Shown: piece by piece, positions 18,432 through 27,767 of the stretch
Layout: every line of letters begins with the position of its first letter
How positions within the stretch are numbered: the stretch's first letter is position 1
NCBI GenBank assembly: GCA_963553465.1
Contig: CAUVOB010000002.1
Location: forward strand, 41,632 to 105,631
Direction: 5' to 3'
Length of the DNA: 64,000 nt
Source: an uncultured Candidatus Saccharibacteria bacterium
Lineage (GTDB): Bacteria > Patescibacteriota > Saccharimonadia > Saccharimonadales > Saccharimonadaceae
Program-made: the position numbers and the translations under genes
Notes under the pieces: generated by a model
Databases searched by the model: none
What the model saw: only the letters and a program-made list of their open reading frames with translations
Told to the model about the DNA's origin: nothing

Positions 18432-19409
18432 ATGGGAATTTTAGGTTCAGGACTACGCGACGGTTTATCACTGCATCCAATTCGCTACCAGTGGGCTTAT
18501 GACTTATACAACCAAGCAGTGGCTAACACTTGGTTTCCCAACGAGGTGCAGTTGGTGCAAGATTTGGCGGACTTTGAAAAACTCAGTGACGAGGAAAAGC
18601 ATGCGCTCAAAACAGTCATTAGTTATTTGAATCCGAACGAGCTGCTAATCAACAAGTCGCTGGCGTTTGGTATTTACCCATACGTTAACGCCGCTGAAGC
18701 GCAGCTCTATCTGTCAAAACAGATGTGGGAAGAGGCTAACCACTTCATGACGTTTGAATACATTATCGAGACGTTTCCGTTTGATCGCGAGGAGATTTAC
18801 GCAGCAGGCTTTGGTAAAAAATCGTTGGCCGACAAGGCGGATTTCCAGAACAAACACCTCGACGTGATGCTCGATCCAAACCTCGATATCTATACATTAG
18901 AGGGTAAGAAAGATTTTGTCCGCTCACTTGTGGCATATAACATCGTGCTGGAGGGCATCTGGTTCTACTCGGGTTTTATGGTCGGTATGAGCTTCCGCCA
19001 GCGTAATTTGCTGCGCAATGTCGGCACGCTACTGGATTGGATCACCAAGGATGAGAATTTGCACTTGACCTTTGGTATCAATTTACTACTGACCATCCTG
19101 GACGAAAACCCAGAACTGCAAACCCAGGAATTTGCCGAGGAAATTCGCAACCTCATCTTGCAGGCGGTTGAGTTGGAGAAAGAGTACAACAAGGATATGT
19201 TGCCAAAGGGAATCCTCGGCTTAAACGCTGATTATGTCAATCAGTACGTCATGCACATGACTGACCGCCGCTTGGTCGAGCTCGGCTTTGAGCCAGAGTA
19301 CAATGTGGCCAACCCAGCCAAATGGATGGCTACCGCAAACGATACCTTGGAATTGGTCAATTTCTTTGAGAGCACTAATACCAGCTATGAAGTAAATACC
19401 ACGAAATAA
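18432..19409 (+). CDS. nrdB: Ribonucleotide reductase beta subunit, class Ic (Mn/Fe) type
   Basis: Ligands E70, E101, H104, E174, E208, H211; F108 at the radical-Tyr position. Confidence 0.93.
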   Translation: MGILGSGLRDGLSLHPIRYQWAYDLYNQAVANTWFPNEVQLVQDLADFEKLSDEEKHALKTVISYLNPNELLINKSLAFGIYPYVNAAEAQLYLSKQMWEEANHFMTFEYIIETFPFDREEIYAAGFGKKSLADKADFQNKHLDVMLDPNLDIYTLEGKKDFVRSLVAYNIVLEGIWFYSGFMVGMSFRQRNLLRNVGTLLDWITKDENLHLTFGINLLLTILDENPELQTQEFAEEIRNLILQAVELEKEYNKDMLPKGILGLNADYVNQYVMHMTDRRLVELGFEPEYNVANPAKWMATANDTLELVNFFESTNTSYEVNTTK

Positions 19410-19428
19410 GATTGATGGGGGTGTCACG

Positions 19429-19827
19429 ATGAACAAATTAGCAATAAAGATTTTAGATACGGTAGAAGTGGGGGCGCTTGCGACGGTCAATCGTGACCGC
19501 ACGCCGCTGGTAACGGCGCTGCATTTTGCGCGGCTGGATGACATGATCATTTGGGTGTCAGACCCGATGTCGCGTCATGCGCATAACGCCTTTCGTACCG
19601 GTAAGGCAGAGTTTGTGGTTTGGGATGAGCAGAAAAACGCAGTATTTTTGACGACAACTGTCCGGGAGATTGTTGAGGAAACAGAGCTGATGGCGGCCCA
19701 GAAAGCGTACGCCAAGAAGCTCGGTAACTTTATGCCCCAAGTTGACAGGCCACGATTTTACGCCATGCCGATCGGCCAATTTGATGAAAAAACCACAACG
19801 GAAAATTGGCTGCATTTTATTGCGTAA
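19429..19827 (+). CDS. Pyridoxamine 5'-phosphate oxidase-like (FMN split-barrel) protein
   Basis: GALATVNRDRTP, WVS..SRHAHN pattern. Confidence 0.7.
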   Translation: MNKLAIKILDTVEVGALATVNRDRTPLVTALHFARLDDMIIWVSDPMSRHAHNAFRTGKAEFVVWDEQKNAVFLTTTVREIVEETELMAAQKAYAKKLGNFMPQVDRPRFYAMPIGQFDEKTTTENWLHFIA

Positions 19828-19885
19828 GCGCTATCACTAGCGTACAATAACCATAAGGTTATACTAAGTATAGGGGAAAATAAGA

Positions 19886-20059
19886 ATGAATGCAGCCCAA
19901 ATTATTACTGATGACATGTCTCTGGAAGAAAAGCTGAGTGCTATTGATGCGGCGATGCAGGCAGCGCAGGCGGTGGCCGACGAGCAGGCAAAGAAGTCTG
20001 GCGGCATTGCGGCGCCACTCGATCCCGCAAGTTTGACAGTGTGTGACGGTTGTGAATAA
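19886..20059 (+). CDS. 57-aa protein ending in a NrdA-like C-terminal CxxC (DPASLTVCDGCE)
   Basis: Translated by hand; TATACT promoter, AGGGG SD, downstream terminator. Confidence 0.8.
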   Translation: MNAAQIITDDMSLEEKLSAIDAAMQAAQAVADEQAKKSGGIAAPLDPASLTVCDGCE

Positions 20060-20065
20060 AACAAC

Positions 20066-20091
20066 AGAGGTGTCAATTCGACGCCTCTTTT
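20066..20091 (+). terminator. Intrinsic terminator after the CxxC microprotein
   Basis: AGAGGTGTC-AATTC-GACGCCTCT-TTT. Confidence 0.7.
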
Positions 20092-20108
20092 GATAGGTTG
20101 GAGAAGTG

Positions 20109-21686
20109 ATGACAAAGAGATATATTTTTGTAACCGGTGGGGTATTGTCTGGTGTTGGCAAGGGCATCACGGCGGCGAGTATCGGCGCAGTATTGCAGGC
20201 CAAAGGTATCGCCGTGTCGGCACAAAAGTGCGATCCGTATTTGAATGTTGATGCTGGACTATTGAACCCGAAAGAGCATGGCGAGTGCTTTGTGACCAAG
20301 GATGGCGCCGAGACCGATTTGGATTTGGGCCATTACGAGCGGTTTTTAGATTTAGAATTGACGCGGAAAAACACCACGCTGTCGGGTCGGCTGCTGCGCG
20401 ATTTGATCGCCGATGAGCGGGCCGGCAAATTTGGCGGCCAGACGGTACAGATGGTGCCGCATTTGACTAACTCTATTAAGGCGGCTATCCGCGAGGCGGC
20501 CGAGGGCGACGTTCACATCGTGGAAATTGGCGGTACGGTCGGCGACTACGAAGGCCTGAGTTTTATCGAGGCGGTTCGCGGTTTTGCGCTGGATGTGGGG
20601 CGGGAAAATTGCCTGTTCGTGCACGTGGTGTACGTGCCGTTTTTGGAGGCGTCGCACGAGTATAAGACCAAGCCGGCTCAGAATGCGCTGGCGGATCTTC
20701 GCGGTTTTGGCATTATGCCGGATGTGGTGGCAGTCCGTACCGAGGGTCATGACAAGCCGCCGCGCAGTATCGGCGAAAAAATTGCTATTTCGTCTGGCGT
20801 GCGCCAGGAGGGAATTATTATGATGCCAAATGTCGATACGGTATATGAAGTGCCATTGACGGTGTACCGCGATTTGGGCAAGTTATTGGGCGAGTTTACC
20901 GACAATTCAGTGGAGCCGAATTTGCAGCGATGGAAGCGTCTAGCTCAGCGTGATACCACTGAGTATGCCAAGCGGGTAACCGTCGGCCTGGTGGCTAAAT
21001 ACATTGATAATTCTGATACCTACCTGTCGGTGACTGAGGCGCTAAAGTCTGCCGCTTGGGCGAACAAAAGCGAGATTTCTATCAAGTGGATTAATGCTGA
21101 GACGGCGAGTGCAGCTGATTTTGCCAGCGTTGATGCTATCGTGGTGCCGGGCGGTTTTGGCACGCGCGGCGTTGAGGGTAAGATCAAGGCGGCTGAATAT
21201 TGTATAAAAAACAACAAGCCGTACCTAGGGATTTGCCTGGGCTTGCAGGCGGCGGTCATTGCGGCAGCGCGTTTGGGCGGCGTAGCGAATGCTAACAGCG
21301 AAGAGTTCGGTGCTGAGCCTGGCGCGAATGTGGTGTACATCATGGACGGCCAGCAGGGCAAGCAGTCAACCGGCGGCACGATGCGCCTCGGTGATTATCC
21401 GGCGGTGCTGAAATCTGGTTCGCTTGCTGCTAAAATGTATGGTAAAACAGAGGTAATTGAGCGGCATCGCCATCGCTACGAAGTGAATCAAGATTTTGTT
21501 CAAGCGATTGAGAAGGGTGGTTTGATAGTTTCCGGTACGTCGCCAGATGGCCAGCTGGTGGAGTTTGTCGAAGCGCCACATCATCGGTATTTCGTGGCTA
21601 CGCAAGCTCACCCTGAATTTAAGTCACGCCCGTTCCGCCCGCATCCGCTATTTGACGGGCTGATTCGAGCTAGCTTGACAAAGTAA
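20109..21686 (+). CDS. pyrG: CTP synthase
   Basis: FVTGGVLSGVGKG, GICLG, RHRHRYE, QAHPEF. Confidence 0.97.
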   Translation: MTKRYIFVTGGVLSGVGKGITAASIGAVLQAKGIAVSAQKCDPYLNVDAGLLNPKEHGECFVTKDGAETDLDLGHYERFLDLELTRKNTTLSGRLLRDLIADERAGKFGGQTVQMVPHLTNSIKAAIREAAEGDVHIVEIGGTVGDYEGLSFIEAVRGFALDVGRENCLFVHVVYVPFLEASHEYKTKPAQNALADLRGFGIMPDVVAVRTEGHDKPPRSIGEKIAISSGVRQEGIIMMPNVDTVYEVPLTVYRDLGKLLGEFTDNSVEPNLQRWKRLAQRDTTEYAKRVTVGLVAKYIDNSDTYLSVTEALKSAAWANKSEISIKWINAETASAADFASVDAIVVPGGFGTRGVEGKIKAAEYCIKNNKPYLGICLGLQAAVIAAARLGGVANANSEEFGAEPGANVVYIMDGQQGKQSTGGTMRLGDYPAVLKSGSLAAKMYGKTEVIERHRHRYEVNQDFVQAIEKGGLIVSGTSPDGQLVEFVEAPHHRYFVATQAHPEFKSRPFRPHPLFDGLIRASLTK

Positions 21687-21739
21687 AAAACTTATGCTAA
21701 CATACAGCCAGATAGTACCTAAAATAAAAAGGAATAAAA

Positions 21740-21895
21740 ATGGCTGAAGAAACAATTGAAATGCAGGATCCGCTTGATGGGACGACGCTGAGTCATGACG
21801 ATGCCTCGGCGCTTGGGTATGTTTTGCGTCACGTCAAAGGTTCAAGTCCGAGTTCGGTGACGCTGCTGCAGCTGGAAGAAATGAGTCAAGAGTAA
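21740..21895 (+). CDS. 51-aa hypothetical protein (not in ORF track)
   Basis: TTGACA...TAACAT promoter, AAGGA SD; MAEETIEMQD...EEMSQE. Confidence 0.5.
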   Translation: MAEETIEMQDPLDGTTLSHDDASALGYVLRHVKGSSPSSVTLLQLEEMSQE

Positions 21896-21925
21896 AACTG
21901 CTTGTCGTCTGCTATACTGGAAGGT

Positions 21926-23557
21926 ATGGAACAGATTATTTCTCAGGCAGTGAAGCAACGTTTTGATCAAGATGTATCGGTGCAATTAACGCGCCCCGAT
22001 CCGAAGTTTGGCGATTTTGCGACGAACGTGGCGCTGCAGCTGGCGAAACCCTTGGGCAAAAATCCACGTGAGATTGCTGAGGCAATCGCGGAAGAGCTGC
22101 GTGGCCACCAGGGGTTGAGCGAGGTTAGTGTGGCTGGGCCGGGCTTTATCAATGTGACGTTAAGCGACCAAGCGGTGCTTGAGTCACTGAAAGTGCGCCC
22201 GGCGACCAAGCGCGCTGGCAAGACGGCAGTGATTGAGACCAATTGCCCAAATCCGTTTAAGGCGATGCACATCGGCCACGCGCTGAATGCAATTACCGCC
22301 GACACGATGGCGAATTTGCTGGCAGTGGACGGGGCGGCGGTACACCGAGTGAGTTACCACGGCGATGTCGGTACGCATGTTGGCAAGAGTATGTGGGCGA
22401 TTCTTCGCGAAATTGATGGCGATGTCAGCAAGCTAGACGCTATTCCAGCTGATAAGCGCAACGAGTTTATGAGCCGTATGTACGTCGAAGGCGCAAGGGC
22501 AGCCAAGGAATCACCAGAGGCGCGGGCGGAAATTGATGAACTAGCCAAGCAATCGTTTGTGTTGGACGATCCGCTGTATAAGCAGGTGTATGAGATTTGT
22601 AAGGCCTGGAGTTTTGATGAAATTGACGCCAATGTGGCACGACTGGGTAATGTGCCAATTGAGCGACGCTACGTCGAGAGCGAAACCGAAGCGCCAGGCA
22701 AGGCCTTGATCAAAGCAAAAACCCCAGAGGTCTTTACCAAATCAGATGGTGCGTACATCTTCAAGGGTAGTCAGTACGGCGCCTTTGACAACGTGTTCAT
22801 CGGTTCGCACGGCAACGGTTTGTACGGCGCGCACGACATGGGGCTAATTCAGCTGAAGCATCAAGATTATCCGAACCTAGACCTATCGATTACCGTCAAT
22901 GGCGAAGAGCAGGCGGCGTATTTCCGCGGCGTGATCGCGGCTAGTGAACTGGCAATTCCAGAATTGAAAGGTAAATTGTTTAATTATGCGACTGGCCTCG
23001 TCAAGCTAACAACTGGCAAGATGAGTTCGCGCACTGGCGAAGTGATTACTATCGATTGGTTGTTTAACGAGTTCAAGAAAGCCATCACCCAAGCTGGCGG
23101 CGAGCCGACCGACGAGGTGGTGGCGGGTGCGCTGCGCTATCAATTTTTGAAAGTCAAAATCGGTAGCGACGTAGTGTTTGACATTAATGACGCGGTCAGT
23201 TTAACGGGTAACACTGGTAGCTACCTGCAATACGCGCACGCTCGGGCGCGGGGGATTTTGGCAAAGTCTGAACAAGCAGCCACGTTCCCGACGGAATTGT
23301 TCGACGAAGATCGGCTGCTGGTTAGGAAAATGAGCGAATACGCTGAGGCAGTTAACCGCGCTACCGAAAGTTTGGAGCCGCATCATATTTGCACCTACCT
23401 GTTTGAACTGGCGCAGGAGTTCAACCGTTATTATGAGAAGAATCAAGTTGTCGGCAGCGACAAAGAAGCGCACCGCGTCGGTATTGTGGCGGTGTATGCT
23501 GATATCTTGAAGGCGGGACTCACCATTCTTGGTATCGTCGCCCCTGATAAGTTGTAA
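21926..23557 (+). CDS. argS: Arginine--tRNA ligase
   Basis: FGDFATN, PNPFKAMHIGH, KMSSRTG, YLQYAHAR. Confidence 0.96.
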   Translation: MEQIISQAVKQRFDQDVSVQLTRPDPKFGDFATNVALQLAKPLGKNPREIAEAIAEELRGHQGLSEVSVAGPGFINVTLSDQAVLESLKVRPATKRAGKTAVIETNCPNPFKAMHIGHALNAITADTMANLLAVDGAAVHRVSYHGDVGTHVGKSMWAILREIDGDVSKLDAIPADKRNEFMSRMYVEGARAAKESPEARAEIDELAKQSFVLDDPLYKQVYEICKAWSFDEIDANVARLGNVPIERRYVESETEAPGKALIKAKTPEVFTKSDGAYIFKGSQYGAFDNVFIGSHGNGLYGAHDMGLIQLKHQDYPNLDLSITVNGEEQAAYFRGVIAASELAIPELKGKLFNYATGLVKLTTGKMSSRTGEVITIDWLFNEFKKAITQAGGEPTDEVVAGALRYQFLKVKIGSDVVFDINDAVSLTGNTGSYLQYAHARARGILAKSEQAATFPTELFDEDRLLVRKMSEYAEAVNRATESLEPHHICTYLFELAQEFNRYYEKNQVVGSDKEAHRVGIVAVYADILKAGLTILGIVAPDKL

Positions 23558-23590
23558 AATATTAGTAAATAATTGTATGATATAGCAGAG

Positions 23591-24661
23591 ATGGACGAGT
23601 ATCTTTCTGCTAATTTGATGACGCCTAAGCAGCGATTGATCAAGGCCGAGCCAGGACTACGGCGTGAGTTTTTATTAGATTCGCAGCAGCTGAAATTAAT
23701 TCGTGCGGTGTATGAACAGTCTCCGCAGACGTTTGATGATGCGACGAAGGCAGTGGTTGACATAGCACGGGTGGTACGACAAACGGTGGATTTTGCTCCG
23801 ACTTTGGCTAACTCACCGCTACTCGATGCAGTTGAAGTTGCCAATCGTGAGGCTACAAACTGTTTTGGCCATGTCATTATTGCCTCAGAATGTCTGGAGC
23901 AGCTCGGCATTGAGCATTTTGTCAGTTATGCGAATCAGCACGCCATGGTGACACTATTTGATCGGAGCAGTGAGCGAGCTTTTTTGCTGGATGTAGCGAC
24001 GGAGGAGTTGTGCTGTGATATGACTGGCGTAATTGGCAGCGGTGCGCCCAACCCGCTTGACCAGTTGGCGATGGGTGAGTTGCGGGCAGTGAATGCGTTT
24101 TTTTCAGAGGAACTCTTGAAACGACTACCGCCGTCGATTGATAGGCAAAAGTTTATGAGCTCAAGGCCATGGCTATCATTTGATGCTATCGATGCGGCAC
24201 AATCTCACGAATATAAGCCCCGAAATCGGATATTACAATTCTTAACACTACCTTCAATACCAGGGCGCATGTTGTTGACTCAGCAGTACAATGCTGCCCG
24301 ACGAGCGGAGTCGGGCGACATTGAAAAAGCGGGTGAAGAACTGTCAGAATTATCAGGGATATATCTTGATGTTGATTCGCGAAATGGCCTGAAAGAAGTT
24401 GATGAGTTGTGCCGTCGGCTAATATCGGCGGGAAAATATGACGAAGCAATTGATTTGGCGACTATGGTGGACGAGAGCTTGGTTCCAGACGACAAATCGA
24501 AAAATAAGCTATTTTTGCCAGATGTCATGCGAAAAATTGCCAAACAGAAGGGCGACAAGAGACTTGCCCAAGAAGCCATTGCACTATATGAGGCGAAACC
24601 GCCAAATAGCCTGCGCAACGGCAAGCTTGCTGCAGCCATAAAACTTTTAGATAATTTGTAA
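23591..24661 (+). CDS. Transglutaminase-like (Cys/His/Asp) protein with helical TPR-like C-terminus
   Basis: TNCFGH..ECLEQLGI..HAMV..LLD pattern. Confidence 0.55.
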   Translation: MDEYLSANLMTPKQRLIKAEPGLRREFLLDSQQLKLIRAVYEQSPQTFDDATKAVVDIARVVRQTVDFAPTLANSPLLDAVEVANREATNCFGHVIIASECLEQLGIEHFVSYANQHAMVTLFDRSSERAFLLDVATEELCCDMTGVIGSGAPNPLDQLAMGELRAVNAFFSEELLKRLPPSIDRQKFMSSRPWLSFDAIDAAQSHEYKPRNRILQFLTLPSIPGRMLLTQQYNAARRAESGDIEKAGEELSELSGIYLDVDSRNGLKEVDELCRRLISAGKYDEAIDLATMVDESLVPDDKSKNKLFLPDVMRKIAKQKGDKRLAQEAIALYEAKPPNSLRNGKLAAAIKLLDNL

Positions 24662-24707
24662 AGTTTTATGCTACAATCAAGGTACTACTTAACATAAAGG
24701 AGTTTTT

Positions 24708-25142
24708 ATGGCAGAGAAAAAAGTAGCCAAGAAGGCGACTACTAAACAGACGACTACTAAGAAATCAATTGTGAAAAAACCAAGCGTGGCGGCACTGAAA
24801 GAAAAGGCGGCAGCAGTCAAAGGTCATGGCGGTGGTTTCATGACGTTTATTCGCGAGCAGGGTGTGGTTGGCCTGGCTGTCGGTCTGGCAATCGGTACAG
24901 CGGCTGGCGATACCGTCAAGAAATTAGTGACGGCGTTCATCGACCCGCTGGTGCAGTTGATTGTCGGCTCGCAGGAAGGTCTGCAAGCGGCATCATTCTC
25001 TGTTGAAATTGCTGGTCGTAAGGGTGAGTTTCTGTACGGCGCGTTTGTTAGCTCGCTGATCACTTTGTTGGCGGTGGCCTTTGTGGTGTATGCGATTATT
25101 CACTTCTTGAAGCTGGATAAATTAGACAAGAAAAAAGACTAA
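24708..25142 (+). CDS. mscL: MscL-family mechanosensitive channel
   Basis: FMTFIREQGVVGLAVGLAIG, YGAFVSSLI. Confidence 0.88.
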   Translation: MAEKKVAKKATTKQTTTKKSIVKKPSVAALKEKAAAVKGHGGGFMTFIREQGVVGLAVGLAIGTAAGDTVKKLVTAFIDPLVQLIVGSQEGLQAASFSVEIAGRKGEFLYGAFVSSLITLLAVAFVVYAIIHFLKLDKLDKKKD

Positions 25143-25157
25143 TTGGGCCTTAAAAAC

Positions 25158-25189
25158 AGATCCGCCGGATAAATGACGGCGGATTTTTT
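25158..25189. terminator. Intrinsic terminator between mscL and pyrH
   Basis: ATCCGCCG...CGGCGGAT followed by T run. Confidence 0.8.
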
Positions 25190-25235
25190 ATGTAAAACGA
25201 TTTATGCTGGAACAAGATGCGTACCGTACTCAGGG

Positions 25236-25940
25236 CTAGGAAATCAGCGTGCCGACTGTCTCGCCGCGAGCGGCCCGGGCGATGTTGCCGTCGGTGAGGA
25301 GGTCGCAGATGATGACCGGCTTGTTCTCTTCGGCGGCCAGTCCGATGGCGGCCTTATCCATGATGGTGATATCGGGGTTGGTGAGGATTTGGTCATAATT
25401 AAGATGGTCAAATTTAACGGCATCAGGGAACTTGGTCGGGTCTTTGTCGTACACACCGTCAACTTTCGTTGTCTTGATCACAACGTCACACTGCATTTCT
25501 AGGGCGAGGTTGAGGGCGGCGGTATCGGTAGTCAGGAAGGGCCGGCCAGTGCCGCAGGCAACGATGACGATACGGCCCTTCTTGATATGACTAAGGGCAC
25601 GGCGGAAGGTGTATTGGTCGATAAATTGATTTATTTCGACAGTGGAGAGGGCGCGGGTTGGCAAGCCAGCGTCGTTGAACACATCGGCCAGAGCGATGGC
25701 ATTCATCAGGGTTGAGAGCATGCCGATATTGTGGGCCGAGACGGGCTGGATGCCGTGGCCGATGATTTGGTTACCGCGGACGTAATTGCCGCCGCCGACC
25801 ATGATGACGATTTCGGCACTGCTGCTCAAGGCCGGTTTGATTTGTTCGGCGATCCAACGAGCTCGGTTAGGGTCGAAGCCGCTGGTAAACTCACCCTGTA
25901 ATTGTTCGCCAGATAGTTTGAGAAGAATACGTTTTGTCAT
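25236..25940 (-). CDS. pyrH: UMP kinase
   Basis: LLKLSGE, GGGN.VRG, TTDTAA, VDGVYDKDP. Confidence 0.96.
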   Translation of the reverse strand: MTKRILLKLSGEQLQGEFTSGFDPNRARWIAEQIKPALSSSAEIVIMVGGGNYVRGNQIIGHGIQPVSAHNIGMLSTLMNAIALADVFNDAGLPTRALSTVEINQFIDQYTFRRALSHIKKGRIVIVACGTGRPFLTTDTAALNLALEMQCDVVIKTTKVDGVYDKDPTKFPDAVKFDHLNYDQILTNPDITIMDKAAIGLAAEENKPVIICDLLTDGNIARAARGETVGTLIS

Positions 25941-26040
25941 TGCTTCAGTATAACATGGGACCTAGATTGCTTGACAGCTTACACTGGAAGGAAGACGGCT
26001 AATTTGACAATTTTTTATTTTATTGATATATTATAAAAGT

Positions 26041-27116
26041 ATGGAAACACTAATTCCGGTGCCAGGGGACGTTAAAAAACCTCGGTTTTCACAGCTACTT
26101 GGGAGCGGTAAGCGCCGTATAGACTTAGGGGAACGAGCCCTAAACTCGGCAAATATTATGATGAGTCTTCGGAGAATTTTTGCTGCGGACCGATTAGTAA
26201 TCCAGAAACTCAGTGCAACGAAATATATGAATATGAACTATCCAATGAAGTTATAGAGAGAGCTAATTTAGGATTTGAACTAGAGGAATTGCCATCGTTT
26301 ATTGGCATAAAAGGTGGTGCGGCTCGCCAAACTTTAGAAGCGTTATTACACAGTGATCGCCAACTAACGCAACCGCGCGATGTTGACTTAGTGGTTTTAG
26401 AAGAGGCTGTTAGTAGTGGTGGCTACGATCCAGATGATGTTGAGGCAATAGCACGTGAGCTTTCGATGTATTTTTCACCGCGTGATGCAATGAACGGTTA
26501 CAACGCAGAGCGTGTCAAGTCGATGGCTAAATTTATGCGTCAGCACGACTTCACGATCAATCAGGTACTTATATACAAAAACGGTAGCGATAACTGGAAG
26601 TTGCTAGCTAGTACGCAAGCAGTATTGGATACAGCTGAGCACATAATCAGACCAACAATATTTGAACATAACACTGACCGTAACTATAGAATTGGTAATA
26701 AGTTGGCGCTCAAGGCGGTGCGACTTCTTTCGGAAATGCAAGTTCAAGGGATTGATGACGCGAGTATCAGGAGTGTTGAGTTGCCAGACAGTATTTATGG
26801 AGATCCAAGAGACGCTTATTTTATGCAAGTATTACAACTAGATAAGGCGCTGGAGGTCAATTATAGGGTAGCTGAGCGCTATGTTCACAACCTAAAGTGC
26901 TATGGGATGATGCCATATGGCTGTGAAGAGATGGAAACTGCCGAACTGTACCATGAATTGATTAATCGTACGGATTTTGTTTCATCTGAGGGCGCACTTA
27001 ATACTATTAGGGTTGAAGAGGAGCACTGGCCGGAACTTAGCGGTTCCATTGAACGCCTACTGCAGCAAGTGCCCGAGCGGTTCTCTCGAGACTACTACGA
27101 TGCCAAAAAGTGGTAA
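26041..27116 (+). pseudogene. Frameshifted nucleotidyltransferase-like gene (CCA/poly(A) polymerase head-like motifs)
   Basis: ATG 26041 frame stops at 26256; second frame open 26112-27116 carries GGAAR, RDVDL, DFTIN. Confidence 0.6.
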
Positions 27117-27125
27117 AATAGAAAT

Positions 27126-27680
27126 ATGAAAGCGAAATTCAAACCGCAACGGATTTTGTGGCTGGATATGGAAATGACCGGGCTAGATCCGGTGGAGGAT
27201 TTTCCGATTGAGGTGGCGATGATTGTGACCGACTGGGGGTTTACGGAAATTGCTCATTTTGAGGGTGCAGTGCATTGGTGTAGCAAGAAAATGCAGGCAC
27301 GATTTGATAAGAATAAATCATTTTGGTATGGCGATGGTGCGGCTGCGCGAGAGCAGCTGATGGCGCAAAACAAGATCACCAAGACAACCAAGGCGCAGCT
27401 CGAGCGCGATATTTTGGCATTTTTGGACGAGCATTTTGATAATGCACCAATTTTATTGGCGGGCAATTCGATCCATCAAGACCGGCGCTTTATTGACCAT
27501 TGGTTCAAGAAATTTTCAAAACGCCTCCACTACCGGATGCTGGATGTTAGTGCCTGGAAGGTGGTGTTTGAAGGGAAATACGGCAAAAAATTTGCCAAAC
27601 CAGAGGATCATCGGGCGTTGGAGGATATCCGCGGTAGTATTCAAGAATTACAACATTATTTGAAGAAGGTGAAGAGCTAG
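27126..27680 (+). CDS. orn: Oligoribonuclease
   Basis: WLDMEMTGLD, AGNSIHQDRRF, HYRMLDVS, HRALEDI. Confidence 0.95.
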   Translation: MKAKFKPQRILWLDMEMTGLDPVEDFPIEVAMIVTDWGFTEIAHFEGAVHWCSKKMQARFDKNKSFWYGDGAAAREQLMAQNKITKTTKAQLERDILAFLDEHFDNAPILLAGNSIHQDRRFIDHWFKKFSKRLHYRMLDVSAWKVVFEGKYGKKFAKPEDHRALEDIRGSIQELQHYLKKVKS

Positions 27681-27767
27681 GTTGGTCCGTTAGCACATTT
27701 ACAACCACTAAATTTTTGACAAAATTATACTTTTCTGATACTATTTCGACAAAAGGAGTTGACCAAA

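Noticed and set aside
19859..20299. Minus-strand ORFs 19859-20299 and 19864-20115
   Set aside because: Antisense shadows of pyrG and of the plus-strand CxxC ORF, which has promoter, SD and terminator.
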